Shown here in pieces: positions 38,584-50,000 of a stretch of DNA of 64,000 bases. The position numbers were made by a program, and so were the translations under genes. Location of the stretch: the NCBI RefSeq assembly GCF_001194135.2, contig NC_068991.1:9703141-9767140 (forward strand). Reading direction: 5' to 3'. The notes beneath the pieces are model-generated. The model saw nothing but the letters and a program-made list of their open reading frames with translations, was not told the origin of the DNA and ran no database searches. Numbering within the stretch: the stretch's first letter is position 1; every line of letters starts with the position of its first letter. This stretch comes from Octopus bimaculoides. Lineage: Eukaryota.

Positions 38584-39567
38584 NNNNNNNNNNNNNNNNN
38601 NNNNNNNNNNNNNNNNNNNNNNNNNNNNNNNNNNNNNNNNNNNNNNNNNNNNNNNNNNNNNNNNNNNNNNNNNNNNNNNNNNNNNNNNNNNNNNNNNNNN
38701 NNNNNNNNNNNNNNNNNNNNNNNNNNNNNNNNNNNNNNNNNNNNNNNNNNNNNNNNNNNNNNNNNNNNNNNNNNNNNNNNNNNNNNNNNNNNNNNNNNNN
38801 NNNNNNNNNNNNNNNNNNNNNNNNNNNNNNNNNNNNNNNNNNNNNNNNNNNNNNNNNNNNNNNNNNNNNNNNNNNNNNNNNNNNNNNNNNNNNNNNNNNN
38901 NNNNNNNNNNNNNNNNNNNNNNNNNNNNNNNNNNNNNNNNNNNNNNNNNNNNNNNNNNNNNNNNNNNNNNNNNNNNNNNNNNNNNNNNNNNNNNNNNNNN
39001 NNNNNNNNNNNNNNNNNNNNNNNNNNNNNNNNNNNNNNNNNNNNNNNNNNNNNNNNNNNNNNNNNNNNNNNNNNNNNNNNNNNNNNNNNNNNNNNNNNNN
39101 NNNNNNNNNNNNNNNNNNNNNNNNNNNNNNNNNNNNNNNNNNNNNNNNNNNNNNNNNNNNNNNNNNNNNNNNNNNNNNNNNNNNNNNNNNNNNNNNNNNN
39201 NNNNNNNNNNNNNNNNNNNNNNNNNNNNNNNNNNNNNNNNNNNNNNNNNNNNNNNNNNNNNNNNNNNNNNNNNNNNNNNNNNNNNNNNNNNNNNNNNNNN
39301 NNNNNNNNNNNNNNNNNNNNNNNNNNNNNNNNNNNNNNNNNNNNNNNNNNNNNNNNNNNNNNNNNNNNNNNNNNNNNNNNNNNNNNNNNNNNNNNNNNNN
39401 NNNNNNNNNNNNNNNNNNNNNNNNNNNNNNNNNNNNNNNNNNNNNNNNNNNNNNNNNNNNNNNNNNNNNNNNNNNNNNNNNNNNNNNNNNNNNNNNNNNN
39501 NNNNNNNNNNNNNNNNNNNNNNNNNNNNNNNNNNNNNNNNNNNNNNNNNNNNNNNNNNNNNNNNNNN
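38584..39567. other. Assembly gap (984 N) hiding the continuation of the receptor's cytoplasmic exon
   Basis: N run. Other gaps: 9602-9679, 15596-15733, 23727-23914, 35775-35874, 37912-37921, 44397-45008, 48592-48601, 49355-49364 and 52713-53554. Confidence 0.99.
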
Positions 39568-39980
39568 GAAGTCACTGCCAGGAACGTACTGTACACCGTT
39601 GTTAACATTCACAATGATGTTGCCGAACTGTGACGACGACGACGACGAGGGCTGCTGCTGCTGCTGCTGCTGCTGACTGCTCGGGGAGAGAAACGGGTCG
39701 TATTCAGGCGGCACCGAATTTGATCCGGACGCAGCCGAAGATCCTCCCGCCGCTGAAGTTGTTGCATTCCCTCGCATGCCGGAGTCGTTTGGTGCCATGG
39801 CACGTCGCACGGCGGCACGCTTCATTCGAACTCGGAAAACTGCGATGATGAGTACGGAGATGAGGAGTATCACACCAATAGCACATCCAATCACAGAATA
39901 AACAGCAGTTTGCATGAAGAATGCTTGACCATCAAGTTCAGTATCAGGATGTTTGGTCACAGCATATGTAGGGTGTGAAG
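39568..39980 (-). CDS. Transmembrane + cytoplasmic exon (truncated by the gap) ASHPTYAVTKHPD...TAVYSVIGCAIGVILLISVLIIAVFRVRMKR...PPEYDPF...Q8...GNIIVNVNNGVQYVPGSDF
   Basis: ttttcag| acceptor at 39981; ~25-aa hydrophobic helix with a basic stop-transfer cluster; GC-rich sequence unlike the flanking introns. Confidence 0.9.
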
Positions 39981-42870
39981 CTGAAAATAGAGATTTAAAA
40001 AATAGGAACAGGGTGTATACTATACATACATACATACATATATATACACTCACAAACATATTCTTTTATTCTCTTACTTGTTTCAGTCATTTGACTGTGG
40101 CCATGCTGTAGCACCGCCTTTAGTCGAACAAATCAATCCCAGGATTTATTCTTTACAAGCCTAGTACTTATTCTATCAGTCTCTTTTGCTGAACTGCTAA
40201 GTTACGGGGATGTGAACATGGCAATATCAGTTGTCAAGCGATGGTGGGGGGACAAACACAGACACACAAATACATACATACATACATATATATAATGGGC
40301 TTCTTTCAGTTTCTGTCTACTACATCCACTCACAAGGTTTTGGTCAGCCCAAGGCTATAGTAGAAGACAATTGCCCAAGGTACTACGCAGTGGGATTGAA
40401 CCCATAACCATGTGGTTAAGAAGCAAAGCTTCTTACCACACACCCACTCCTGCACCTATATATATATATAAATTATATATAAATGAATATGGATATGAAA
40501 TCTGGGCAGGTACTTAAGAAGCATTCTAGTATAGGGCCCTGCAACCGGTTGCAGGGCACTGTACTAGATTGCTTCTTATATACATACACACATATATATG
40601 TGGCGAGCTGGCAGAAACATTAGCACGCCGGGCGAAATGCTTAGCGGTATTTCGTCTGCTGCTACGTTCTGAGTTCAAATTCCGTCGAAGTCGACTTAGC
40701 CTTTCATCCTTTCAAGGTCGATTAAATAAGTACCAGTTACGCACTGGGGTCGATGTAGTCGACTTAATCCGTTTGTCTGTCCTTGTTTGTCCTCTCTGCG
40801 TATAGCCCCTTGTGGGTAGTAAAGAAATAACACATATGTGTGCGTGTGTGTGTGTTTATCAATGTCAAATGTTAGAGTTACGTATTGTCTGCACCTATAA
40901 GGATCATGTGACCTGCCTAATGCCTCACACAACAAACACCACCAGGTATTTATGACTCACCTTCACAGTCCTTCTCATCAGATTTATCTGTACAATCATT
41001 CACTCGGTTACAAAGGAACTTTTTGGCGATACACAATCTTGATGTCTGGCAGAGAAACTGATGCTCACTACAGGGTCCAGGCATTTCTGTTGTGGTGGAG
41101 AAGAATAATGCATTTATTATAACAACAACAACTACAATAATAATAATAATAATAATGATAATAATAATAATAAAAAGAATAATAATCTAAACAGATCAGG
41201 TACAAGATCATAATGGGGCCTAGTAGTGGTCGACAAAATGTACCACATGTGCTCTATAGTTGATGCTGCATGTCCCTTTGACCCATGAATAGTCAAGAAG
41301 GAAAGCAAAAAAATAGATAAATACAACCCTTTTAGGTACGAAATAGCCCGGTTATGGTAAATGAAGAAGGTGAAGATAGTGCCCATTATCGTTGGGTCCT
41401 TGGGAATAGTATCAGAAGGCATCAAAGGGAATATAAAGGAAATTGGAATGGAGTACTCAGTAGAACTGTTACAAAAGGTTTGCCTCCTTGGCACAACCAG
41501 AATAATCAGGGTAGTATTGGATAGCATGGTACTGTAGGCTGCAGGTAGCAAGCCTGCTATGCATGGCAAAACTCCAGGAGTTCCAACAAAACCTATGATA
41601 AAAAAGAAATTGATAATTATAGACCTTTTTACTGGAAGCACAAGGGCTGAAATTTGGAGGGAGAGGATTAATTGATTACTTCGACTCCAGTGTCCCACTA
41701 GTACTTAATTTATCTACCCCGAAAGACAAAGTCGACCTTGGCAGAATTTGAACTCAGAATGTAGCAGCAGACGAAATACTATTAAGCATTTCATCCAGCA
41801 TGCTAATGATTCTGCCAGCTCACCAATAATAATAATAATTATTGTTATATGGACTGTTAGATTTGTTTTTTTGTTCGTCTGAAGTCCCATATTTCAATGT
41901 AGTTCGTCTGAGATCCCTGTTTCGTTGTGGTTTTGAGTGACTGTCGAAGTTGAACTGTATTGAAGATATATGGCGAGGAAAACAGTCTTGTAAACACAAA
42001 CGTTTCTTGATAATTAACATTAGGTGAGTGAGTCTTTTGTTATGGTTGATTTATAAATGTAATGATTAAGTTGTACAACTCGTGTTTTCTCTGCGAGTTC
42101 CCGAGAGGAATACAACAATATTAAATTATATTATGCTATATCATATATTATATTATATTATATTAGGCATAACTACAGAGTTGTACACCCCGACTTTGGA
42201 AGGTCATAACTTTCAGAAAAATGAATATTTTTTAATGAAATTTTCTATGCATATATTATTTATTATGTAGATTCCGAATATACAAAAAATTTCGGTAATT
42301 CCACCAGAGTCCACTTAAATTCCTCTTAACTTCGAGGAAAATGAATATTTTTTCGTGAAATTTTCTACAAATATACCTTGATGTATGTACATTTCGAGCA
42401 TGTAGGAATTTTGAAGGAAACAATTGCAGGTTATTTTTGAGAAGTGTTCCCTACTCGGTGGTGTTTCGGAGCAAGTCGTCCATATTTGTTTCATTTTTTT
42501 TTCTATTATGAGCATGTGGGGTACAACTCTGTAGTTATGCCTTATATTATATTATATTATACAGTACCTTTATCAAGAACGAAAACTACAGCATCTTTGT
42601 TTACTATCTTGCCGTTAGCTAGTTTCACAACACATATATAGGCACCGGCATCCAATATTTTCAGCTTCTTGATATTGAGGGAAACAGAGTTATTTCCCCT
42701 ACTACATGCCAGCGTGTCATTACGATCAACACTTATAAACAACCATTTCATAAATATCGGTGGTATGGGTGAGTTGACCATACATTTCATCTGCAGGTTA
42801 GATCCTTTCACTTTCTTTAGCCTCCATTTCGGCAAGATCTTAATTCGGGGTTCAGAAAATTGGCAAGTCC
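39568..42870 (-). CDS. Type-I membrane protein, Ig-like + LDLa + TM + cytoplasmic tail (LDLRAD3-like), partial: join(complement 42870..42568, 41086..40961, 39980..<39568)
   Basis: Three exons joined in phase 1 by GT-AG introns give one open frame: Ig (C..W..DAGAYIC), LDLa (six Cys, SDE), hydrophobic TM followed by RVRMKR, then PPEY and NVNNGVQY. The 3' end runs into the N-gap and the 5' exons were not found. The LDLRAD3 similarity is from my recall of the human sequence, not from a search. Confidence 0.88.
40602..40830 (+). mobile_element. SINE family B (GGCGAGCTGGCAGAA head, GAGTTCAAATTCC B box, GCCTTTCATCCTTT core)
   Basis: More than 15 similar copies, e.g. about 9860-10073, 31600-32050, 36360-36690, 44175-44395, 48250-48450, 51400-51780 and 60985-61200. 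Confidence 0.85.
40961..41086 (-). CDS. LDL-receptor class A repeat exon (126 nt, phase 1-1) EMPGPCSEHQFLCQTSRLCIAKKFLCNRVNDCTDKSDEKDCE
   Basis: caacag| acceptor; GAAG|gtgagt donor; canonical six-Cys LDLa spacing with F-x-C and D-C-x-D-x-S-D-E. Confidence 0.94.
41185..41640 (+). mobile_element. Decayed 3' fragment of an RLE-type non-LTR retrotransposon
   Basis: The plus strand reads LVVVDK...IVDAACPFD...KIDKYNPFRYEIARLW*MKKVKIVPIIVGSLG...LLQKVCLLGTTRIIRVVL, with internal stops. Confidence 0.8.
42166..42541. mobile_element. PIF/Harbinger-like (Tourist-type) MITE, 376 bp
   Basis: Perfect 21-bp TIR GGCATAACTACAGAGTTGTAC; TTA on both flanks (42163-42165, 42542-42544), although these lie within a TATTA-repeat context. 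Confidence 0.8.
42568..42870 (-). CDS. Ig-like domain exon (303 nt, phase 1-1) xTCQFSEPRIKILPKWRLKKVKGSNLQMKCMVNSPIPPIFMKWLF...SLNIKKLKILDAGAYICVVKLANGKIVNKDAVVFVLDK
   Basis: Long pyrimidine tract and ttttag| acceptor at 42871; AAAG|gtactg donor; B-strand Cys, C-strand Trp and D-x-G-x-Y-x-C. Confidence 0.9.
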
Positions 42871-45800
42871 CTAAAAGAAGAAAAACAAGGAAAGAAAAGA
42901 GAAATGAATAAGTGTAAATAAATGAAAAAGAAATTTTAAAAAATCAAATAAAGGACACGGGTACAAACAGTATAGTAAGCACCCCTCCCCCACACACAAA
43001 CATATGCGCGGATAAAGATACACACAATAGAAATATAGAAGGGAGTAAACGGAACAGGAGGAGACACGTGGGATGGAGAGTTCCTGAAGAGGTCATAGAA
43101 CGTGTGGCAAAAGATTTCTGACAAAGAATACAAGCATAAGAACAAGGATAAACCTGAAGTGAAGAACGAATATATAGCGCGCGCGCGTCTGTCAGGGAGG
43201 GGGTTGCATAAAGCATCTTTTATTCAAAATATGAAGAGGAATGTATTTTACAAAAGGAAAACAAGAAGAAAAAGAAAATAAGGGTTGGGGGAACCCATCA
43301 ATGCAGAACCAAGAGCTCTTGGCAAAAAGAAAAAAGAAATGACCACCCTGAAATATAACAACAAAATCATCATCATCGTTTAATGTCCGCTTTCCCATGG
43401 GTTGGGCGATTTGACTGAGGACTGGTGGACCAGGAGGCAACACCAGGCTCCAATCTGATCTAGCAGTGTTTCTACATCTGGATGCCCTTCCTAATGCCAA
43501 CCACTCAGAGAGTGTAGTGGGTGCTCTTACGTGCCACCGGCATGAAGGCCAGTCAGGCGGTACTGGCAACGGCCACGCTCGAAATGGTGTATTTTACGTG
43601 CCACCTGCACAAGGGCCAGTCCAGCAGTACTGGCAACAAACTCGCTATTTACATATTATTGTATTTGATGTGCAAAAGTGCATAGCTTAATGCTTAAGGG
43701 TATTCGGCTTACAATAGCAAGGTTATGAGTTCCAGCAACAGGTCATAGTGGTTAGTGTGTTAATGCACTCTTTTACTGGTTTCAGCCATTTAACTGCAGC
43801 CATGCTGGAGCACCACACTATACAGTGTTACAAATAATTTTTCACATACACCAGGTAGTGGGGTTAAACTGGGTAATGGATTAGGTGCAAATGTGGCTGC
43901 GTGGTAAGAAGTTTGCTCCCCAACCACATGGTTCTCAGTTCAGTCCCACTGCATGGTGTCTTGGGGCAAGTAGCTTCTGCTATAGCCCTGGGCTCACCAA
44001 AGCCTTCTAAGTGGATCTGGTAGATGGAAACTGAAAGAAGCCCGACGTGTGTGTGTGCATGCATGTGTATGTGTGTGTGTACCTTTGTTCCCCACCACTG
44101 CTTGACAACTGATGTTGGTGTGTTACAACCCTGTAACTTAGCGGTTTGACAAAAGAGACTGATAGAATAAGTTCATAAGGCAGTGAGCTGGTAGAAACGT
44201 TAGCACGCCGGGTGAAATGCTTAGCGGTATTTCGTCTGTTTTTATGTTCTGAGTTCAAATTCCGCCGAGGATAACTTTGCCTTTCATCCTTTTGGGATCG
44301 ATAAATTAACTACCAGTTGCATACTGAATTCTATCTAATCAACTGGCCCCCTCCCCCAAATTTTCAGGCCTTGTACCTAGAGTAGAAAAGAATATANNNN
44401 NNNNNNNNNNNNNNNNNNNNNNNNNNNNNNNNNNNNNNNNNNNNNNNNNNNNNNNNNNNNNNNNNNNNNNNNNNNNNNNNNNNNNNNNNNNNNNNNNNNN
44501 NNNNNNNNNNNNNNNNNNNNNNNNNNNNNNNNNNNNNNNNNNNNNNNNNNNNNNNNNNNNNNNNNNNNNNNNNNNNNNNNNNNNNNNNNNNNNNNNNNNN
44601 NNNNNNNNNNNNNNNNNNNNNNNNNNNNNNNNNNNNNNNNNNNNNNNNNNNNNNNNNNNNNNNNNNNNNNNNNNNNNNNNNNNNNNNNNNNNNNNNNNNN
44701 NNNNNNNNNNNNNNNNNNNNNNNNNNNNNNNNNNNNNNNNNNNNNNNNNNNNNNNNNNNNNNNNNNNNNNNNNNNNNNNNNNNNNNNNNNNNNNNNNNNN
44801 NNNNNNNNNNNNNNNNNNNNNNNNNNNNNNNNNNNNNNNNNNNNNNNNNNNNNNNNNNNNNNNNNNNNNNNNNNNNNNNNNNNNNNNNNNNNNNNNNNNN
44901 NNNNNNNNNNNNNNNNNNNNNNNNNNNNNNNNNNNNNNNNNNNNNNNNNNNNNNNNNNNNNNNNNNNNNNNNNNNNNNNNNNNNNNNNNNNNNNNNNNNN
45001 NNNNNNNNTACCCTTAACGTAGTTCTCGGGGATATTCAGCGTGACACAAAGTGTGACAAGGCTGGCCCTTCGAATTACAGGTACAACAGAAACAGGAAGA
45101 AAGAGTGAGAGAAAGTTGTGATGGAAGAGTACAGCAGGGTTCGCCACCATCCCCTGCCGGAGCCTCGTGGAGCTTTAGGTGTTTTCGCTCAATAAACACT
45201 CACAACGCCCGGTCTGGGAATCAAAACCATGATCCTATTACCATGAGTCCGCTGCCCTAACCACTGAGCCATTGCGCCTCCACATAACGTAGTATAATAA
45301 GAAATAAAAGAGTAATATAATATAGTCTATGAGTAAGAAAATAGCAATGTAATATAGAAAAATAACAGTATATATTGATGACTTTTAACAAATCATTGCA
45401 GATCAGATGTGCAGAGGAAAACATTAGCACATGTCTTCATGTGTTTGTATAAAGAATTTCTCTTAAATCTTTCTTGTTTATCGAAAAAAAACTATCAACA
45501 CATTGTTAAAGTGGGTTTCTAGGATAAGAGATTGGTAAGAGAATTAGTCAGCTGCCATTTAAACTGGAACTCTATATCTCTGTTGGAATTAATCTTGCTC
45601 TAAAGTACACTGAACAAATAATACTCATGTGTATGTGTGTCTGTGTGTTTTCATTATTGATCGGTTTGAGATCAATGCTCTGTCTTTATGTCCTGCCTGT
45701 ATTATTAATTCAAGGCAAAAAAAAAAAAAAAATGAATAAAATAAAATTCATATTAATTCATAATCAAACGTAGAGAAAAATAATAAAAATGAGTCACTCA

Positions 45801-46903
45801 TGTCTGAGTGTTGCTGGAGGGAAGGAGGGAGGAAATGTAGCCACATGGTCAGGAATTTCACTTTCCGATGAAGCAGGGTTCTGAGTTTTCTATCATGTGA
45901 TGCCATCCATGCCTTGGGACTTTGGATAAGAGTCTCTTCTATCATAGACTCGAGTCATTCAAAGACTCTTGAATGAGGAACATGGAAATTGTGTGGAAAC
46001 TCACTCCACAGACTGAAAAGATTGTTATTCAAAGTTCCAGCTTTGTCACATATACTGTCTGCCTGCCTACCTGCCTACCTGACTCCTCCTCCTCCTCCTC
46101 ATCATCATCATCACCATCATCATCACCACCACCACAACTGCTGCCTCACCGCCACTACTATCTCGCTGCCACCGCCATCACCACCATCATCATCATCATG
46201 TCTGCTTTCCACGCTGGTATGGGTTGAATTGTTTCACTGGATCCAACAAGCCAGAAGGCCATGATGAGCTATAATGTCTCAGTTCTGGCATGGTTTCTAC
46301 GATTGGATGCTCTTCCTGACACCAACCATTTTACAGAGTGTACTGGAAGCATTTTACCGTGGCACCAGTACTATATAGGGTTTGTCTCGTCTCCTGCTCT
46401 CCTAACCCTGCATTGTCTTAAATTGATTTGCTATATATGTATATATACAAGTGCAGGCATGGCTGTTTGGTAAGAAGTTTGCTTCGCAACCTCATGGTTC
46501 CAGGATCAAACCCACTGCATGGTTCCTTTGGCAAGTAAGTGTCTTCAATTAGAGCTTCAGGCTGACCAGTACCTTGTGGGCAGATTTGTTAGACAGAAAC
46601 CAAAAGAAGCCCATCGTATACATATGTGTGTGTGTGTCATTGTGTCTGTTTGTCCCCCACCACCACTTAACAACCAGTGTTGGTGTGTTTACATCCCTGT
46701 GACTTAGCAGTTCGGCAAAAGAGACTGATAAGATAAGTATCAGGCTCCAAAAAATTAAAAAAATAAGTACTGGAGTCGATCCATTCAATTAAAAATACTT
46801 CAAGACAGTGCACCAGCATGGCCACAGTCAAATGACTGAAACAAGTAAAAAATAAAAGATTATATATATATATATATATATATGCGAGTGTGTGTGTGAG
46901 AAG

Positions 46904-47040
46904 GCGCATGACTCAGTGGTTAGAGCGTCGAGCTTACGATCGTGAGGTTGTGAGTTCGAATCCTGGACCGGGCAGCATGTTGTGTTCTTGAGCAAGACAC
47001 TTTATTTCACGTTGCTCCAGTTCACTCAGCTGTAGAAATG
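46904..47040 (+). mobile_element. SINE family E (tRNA-like head GGCGCATGACTCAGTGGTTAGAGC...GTTCGAATCC)
   Basis: A and B boxes run directly into repeat body sequence; a related copy lies at about 56262-56500. Confidence 0.7.
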
Positions 47041-50000
47041 AGTGGCGATGTCACATGTGCCAAGCCATATCGGCTCAAATGGTGCTATTTATGTGCCACT
47101 GGCACGGGAGCCAGACAACTGCTCTGGCAATGAACACTCTTGGACAGTGCTCTTAGCGCTCCACTGGTACAGGTGCCAACACAATTTCAATTTCACTTGC
47201 CTCAACAGGTCTTCGCAAGCCGAGTTTTGTGTCCAATGAAGGAGAGGTTGGCATGGGTGCCAGTCATCGAATTTGGTTCGATTTCGAATGACTGAGACAA
47301 ATAAAAAAGTGCAAAAATAAAATGATATATGTATATATACATGCACTCGCACACACACATACACATATGCAAATGTGCACACACATACACACAAACAAAA
47401 CCACATGCATATATAAACATATATAACCATAGACAGAAAACAAGAATAAATTTGATCATGCTTGATAATTCATGTTGACAAAATTGTATTGACAGACACT
47501 TTACATTTGATACACAGCTGCATATTGAATCAGGAAGTCCGTCTTAGATTCTTCAATAGAAGTTTGTAAATGATCAGGTTCTCAACTATTTTTAACAGAG
47601 AAGGGGAAATGGGACACAAGCACTTTCAGTGGTAGTTCTACCACAAAACCTGCAGATACTTCATAAAAGCATCCGTTGGAAAATATTAACCCTGTTGATG
47701 ATTTCATGAGATCTGAATCCTATCAAGTACATCCTTCTTGGTTGTGGCTGATAAACCAATAAGTAGTGGTCTCTCGGAAAAGAAATGGTTTTGAATTGTC
47801 CATTTTAAAGTCACGATCGTTACCAACGTCGCCTTCCTGGTACTTGTGCCAGATGGCACGTGAAAAGACATTCGAGCAAGATCGTTGCCAGTGCCGATGG
47901 ACTGGCCCCTATGCAGGTGGCACGTAAAATACACCATTTCGAGCATAGCCGTCGCCAGTACCGCCTCACTGGCCCTCGTGCCAGTGGCACATAAAAGCAC
48001 CCACTACACTCTCGGAGTGGTTGGTGTTAGGAAGGGCATCCAGCTGTAGAAACTCTGCCAAATCAGATTGGAGCCTGGTGTCGCCTCCTGGTCCACCAGT
48101 ATATATATAGAAAAAAATTAATAAATAAATAAATTCATGAATGGATGTTGTTTTCACCGCGATAATGCTCTTCTCATTACATGAGTCGTTTCAGTTAACA
48201 TGATTTTTTGCACTTTCTGTAGGGTATTATTATTATTATTATTATTAAAGGCGGTGAACTGGCAGAACCGTTAGTACGCTGGCTGAAATGCTTTGCTCGT
48301 CACTCCATTCTGGATTCAAATTCTGCCAATGTCGACTTTGCCTTTCACCCTTTCGGAGTTGATAGACTAAGTACCAGTAAAATACTGGGTCGATGTAATC
48401 GACTATCCCCACCCCCCAAATTTCAGGCCTGGTACCTATAGTAGAAAGGATTATTATCATTATTATTATTCGTGTTTTATAAATTCTAATTAGTAAAAAA
48501 ACAATAAATTAAAACCTCCATGCCAAGAGGACAGTTTGGACAAAAAACAAAAACAAAAAAAAAATACAAAGTAAAAACAAACAGATTTCTANNNNNNNNN
48601 NATGTTGTTTTCACCGCGATAATGCTCTTCTCATTACATGAGTCGTTTCAGTTAACATGATTTTTTGCACTTTCTGTAGGGTATTATTATTATTATTATT
48701 ATTAAAGGCGGTGAACTGGCAGAACCGTTAGTACGCTGGCTGAAATGCTTTGCTCGTCACTCCATTCTGGATTCAAATTCTGCCAATGTCGACTTTGCCT
48801 TTCACCCTTTCGGAGTTGATAGACTAAGTACCAGTAAAATACTGGGTCGATGTAATCGACTATCCCCACCCCCCAAATTTCAGGCCTGGTACCTATAGTA
48901 GAAAGGATTATTATCATTATTATTATTCGTGTTTTATAAATTCTAATTAGTAAAAAAACAATAAATTAAAACCTCCATGCCAAGAGGACAGTTTGGACAA
49001 AAAACAAAAACAAAAAAAAATACAAAGTAAAAACAAACAGATTTCTAAATTAAAGATTAAAAATAACGAACAAAACTACCCCACCTCTTCCAAGACACAA
49101 TCAATTCTCACATCTTGGCAGATCACATAAAACCGTTGCATCAAGTCATCTCTCTCTCTCCTCTCACTATACAAAGTATCCTTCTCTTTCTCTCTCTCTC
49201 TGTCGATAATAACACAAACAACAATAACATTATAACCATCAATATATCAATGTTTCTCTCCTCTGTTTTAACTGCTACCACTGTTCAAATCTATCTCTCC
49301 CCCTCTCTTAATGCATGTGCGCACGCACACACACACACACACACAAATCACAGTNNNNNNNNNNAGTACTTATTCTATCGGTCACTTTTGCTGAACCGCT
49401 AAGTTATGGGGGACATAAACAGAACAGCATTGGTGATGTTGGGGGTGGGGGGAAACACAAACATATACATACATACATATATATATATATGACGGGCTTC
49501 TTGCAGTTTGCATTTACCAAGTCCACTCACAAGGATTTGGTCGGCCCAAGGCTATAGTTGAAGACACTTGCCCAAGGTGCCATGCATTGGGACTGAACCC
49601 AGAACTATGTGACTGGCAAGCAAACCACTTATCACACAGCCACTCCTGATATATATTTATATATGTGTGTGTGTGTGTGTGTGTGTGAGCCTGGTGTTGC
49701 CATCCGGTTTCACCAGTCCTCAGTCAAATCGTCTAACCCATGCTAGCATGGAAAGTGCACGTTAAACGATGATGATGATGATATGCATGCAGACATACAT
49801 ACACATAAGTTTCTCTGTCTCTCTATCCCTCGCTATTTTGCCCCCGTCTATTAGTTTGAATAAATGAAAATACAGAGCAGAAAACTTAATTATATAAATA
49901 CCGTAATTAAAGTTAGCGAAGCTTTAACAGGATACAATTGGAATGAAAAAAAAAAAAAAGAAAGAAAAAAAAAGGAAGAAAGTTTTCAATTACACGACTG

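Noticed and set aside
38458-39676. Long ORFs of 250-500 aa crossing N-gaps (also 44377-45150 and 52543-53640)
   Set aside because: Their length comes from X residues. Only the minus-frame part at 39568-39980 is real coding sequence.
41132-41698. 188-aa hydrophobic minus-strand ORF
   Set aside because: It is the antisense frame of the plus-strand RLE-LINE fragment plus an (AAT)n tract.
46904-46980. tRNA-like sequence with A and B boxes
   Set aside because: It has no convincing acceptor or anticodon stems and runs into a repeat body also seen at about 56262, so it is a SINE head rather than a tRNA gene.
48145-49048. 447-bp direct tandem duplication (48145-48591 and 48602-49048), giving two identical 71-aa ORFs
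   Set aside because: The copies appear identical, including microsatellite length, and are separated by a 10-N gap. This is typical of unmerged overlapping contig ends.
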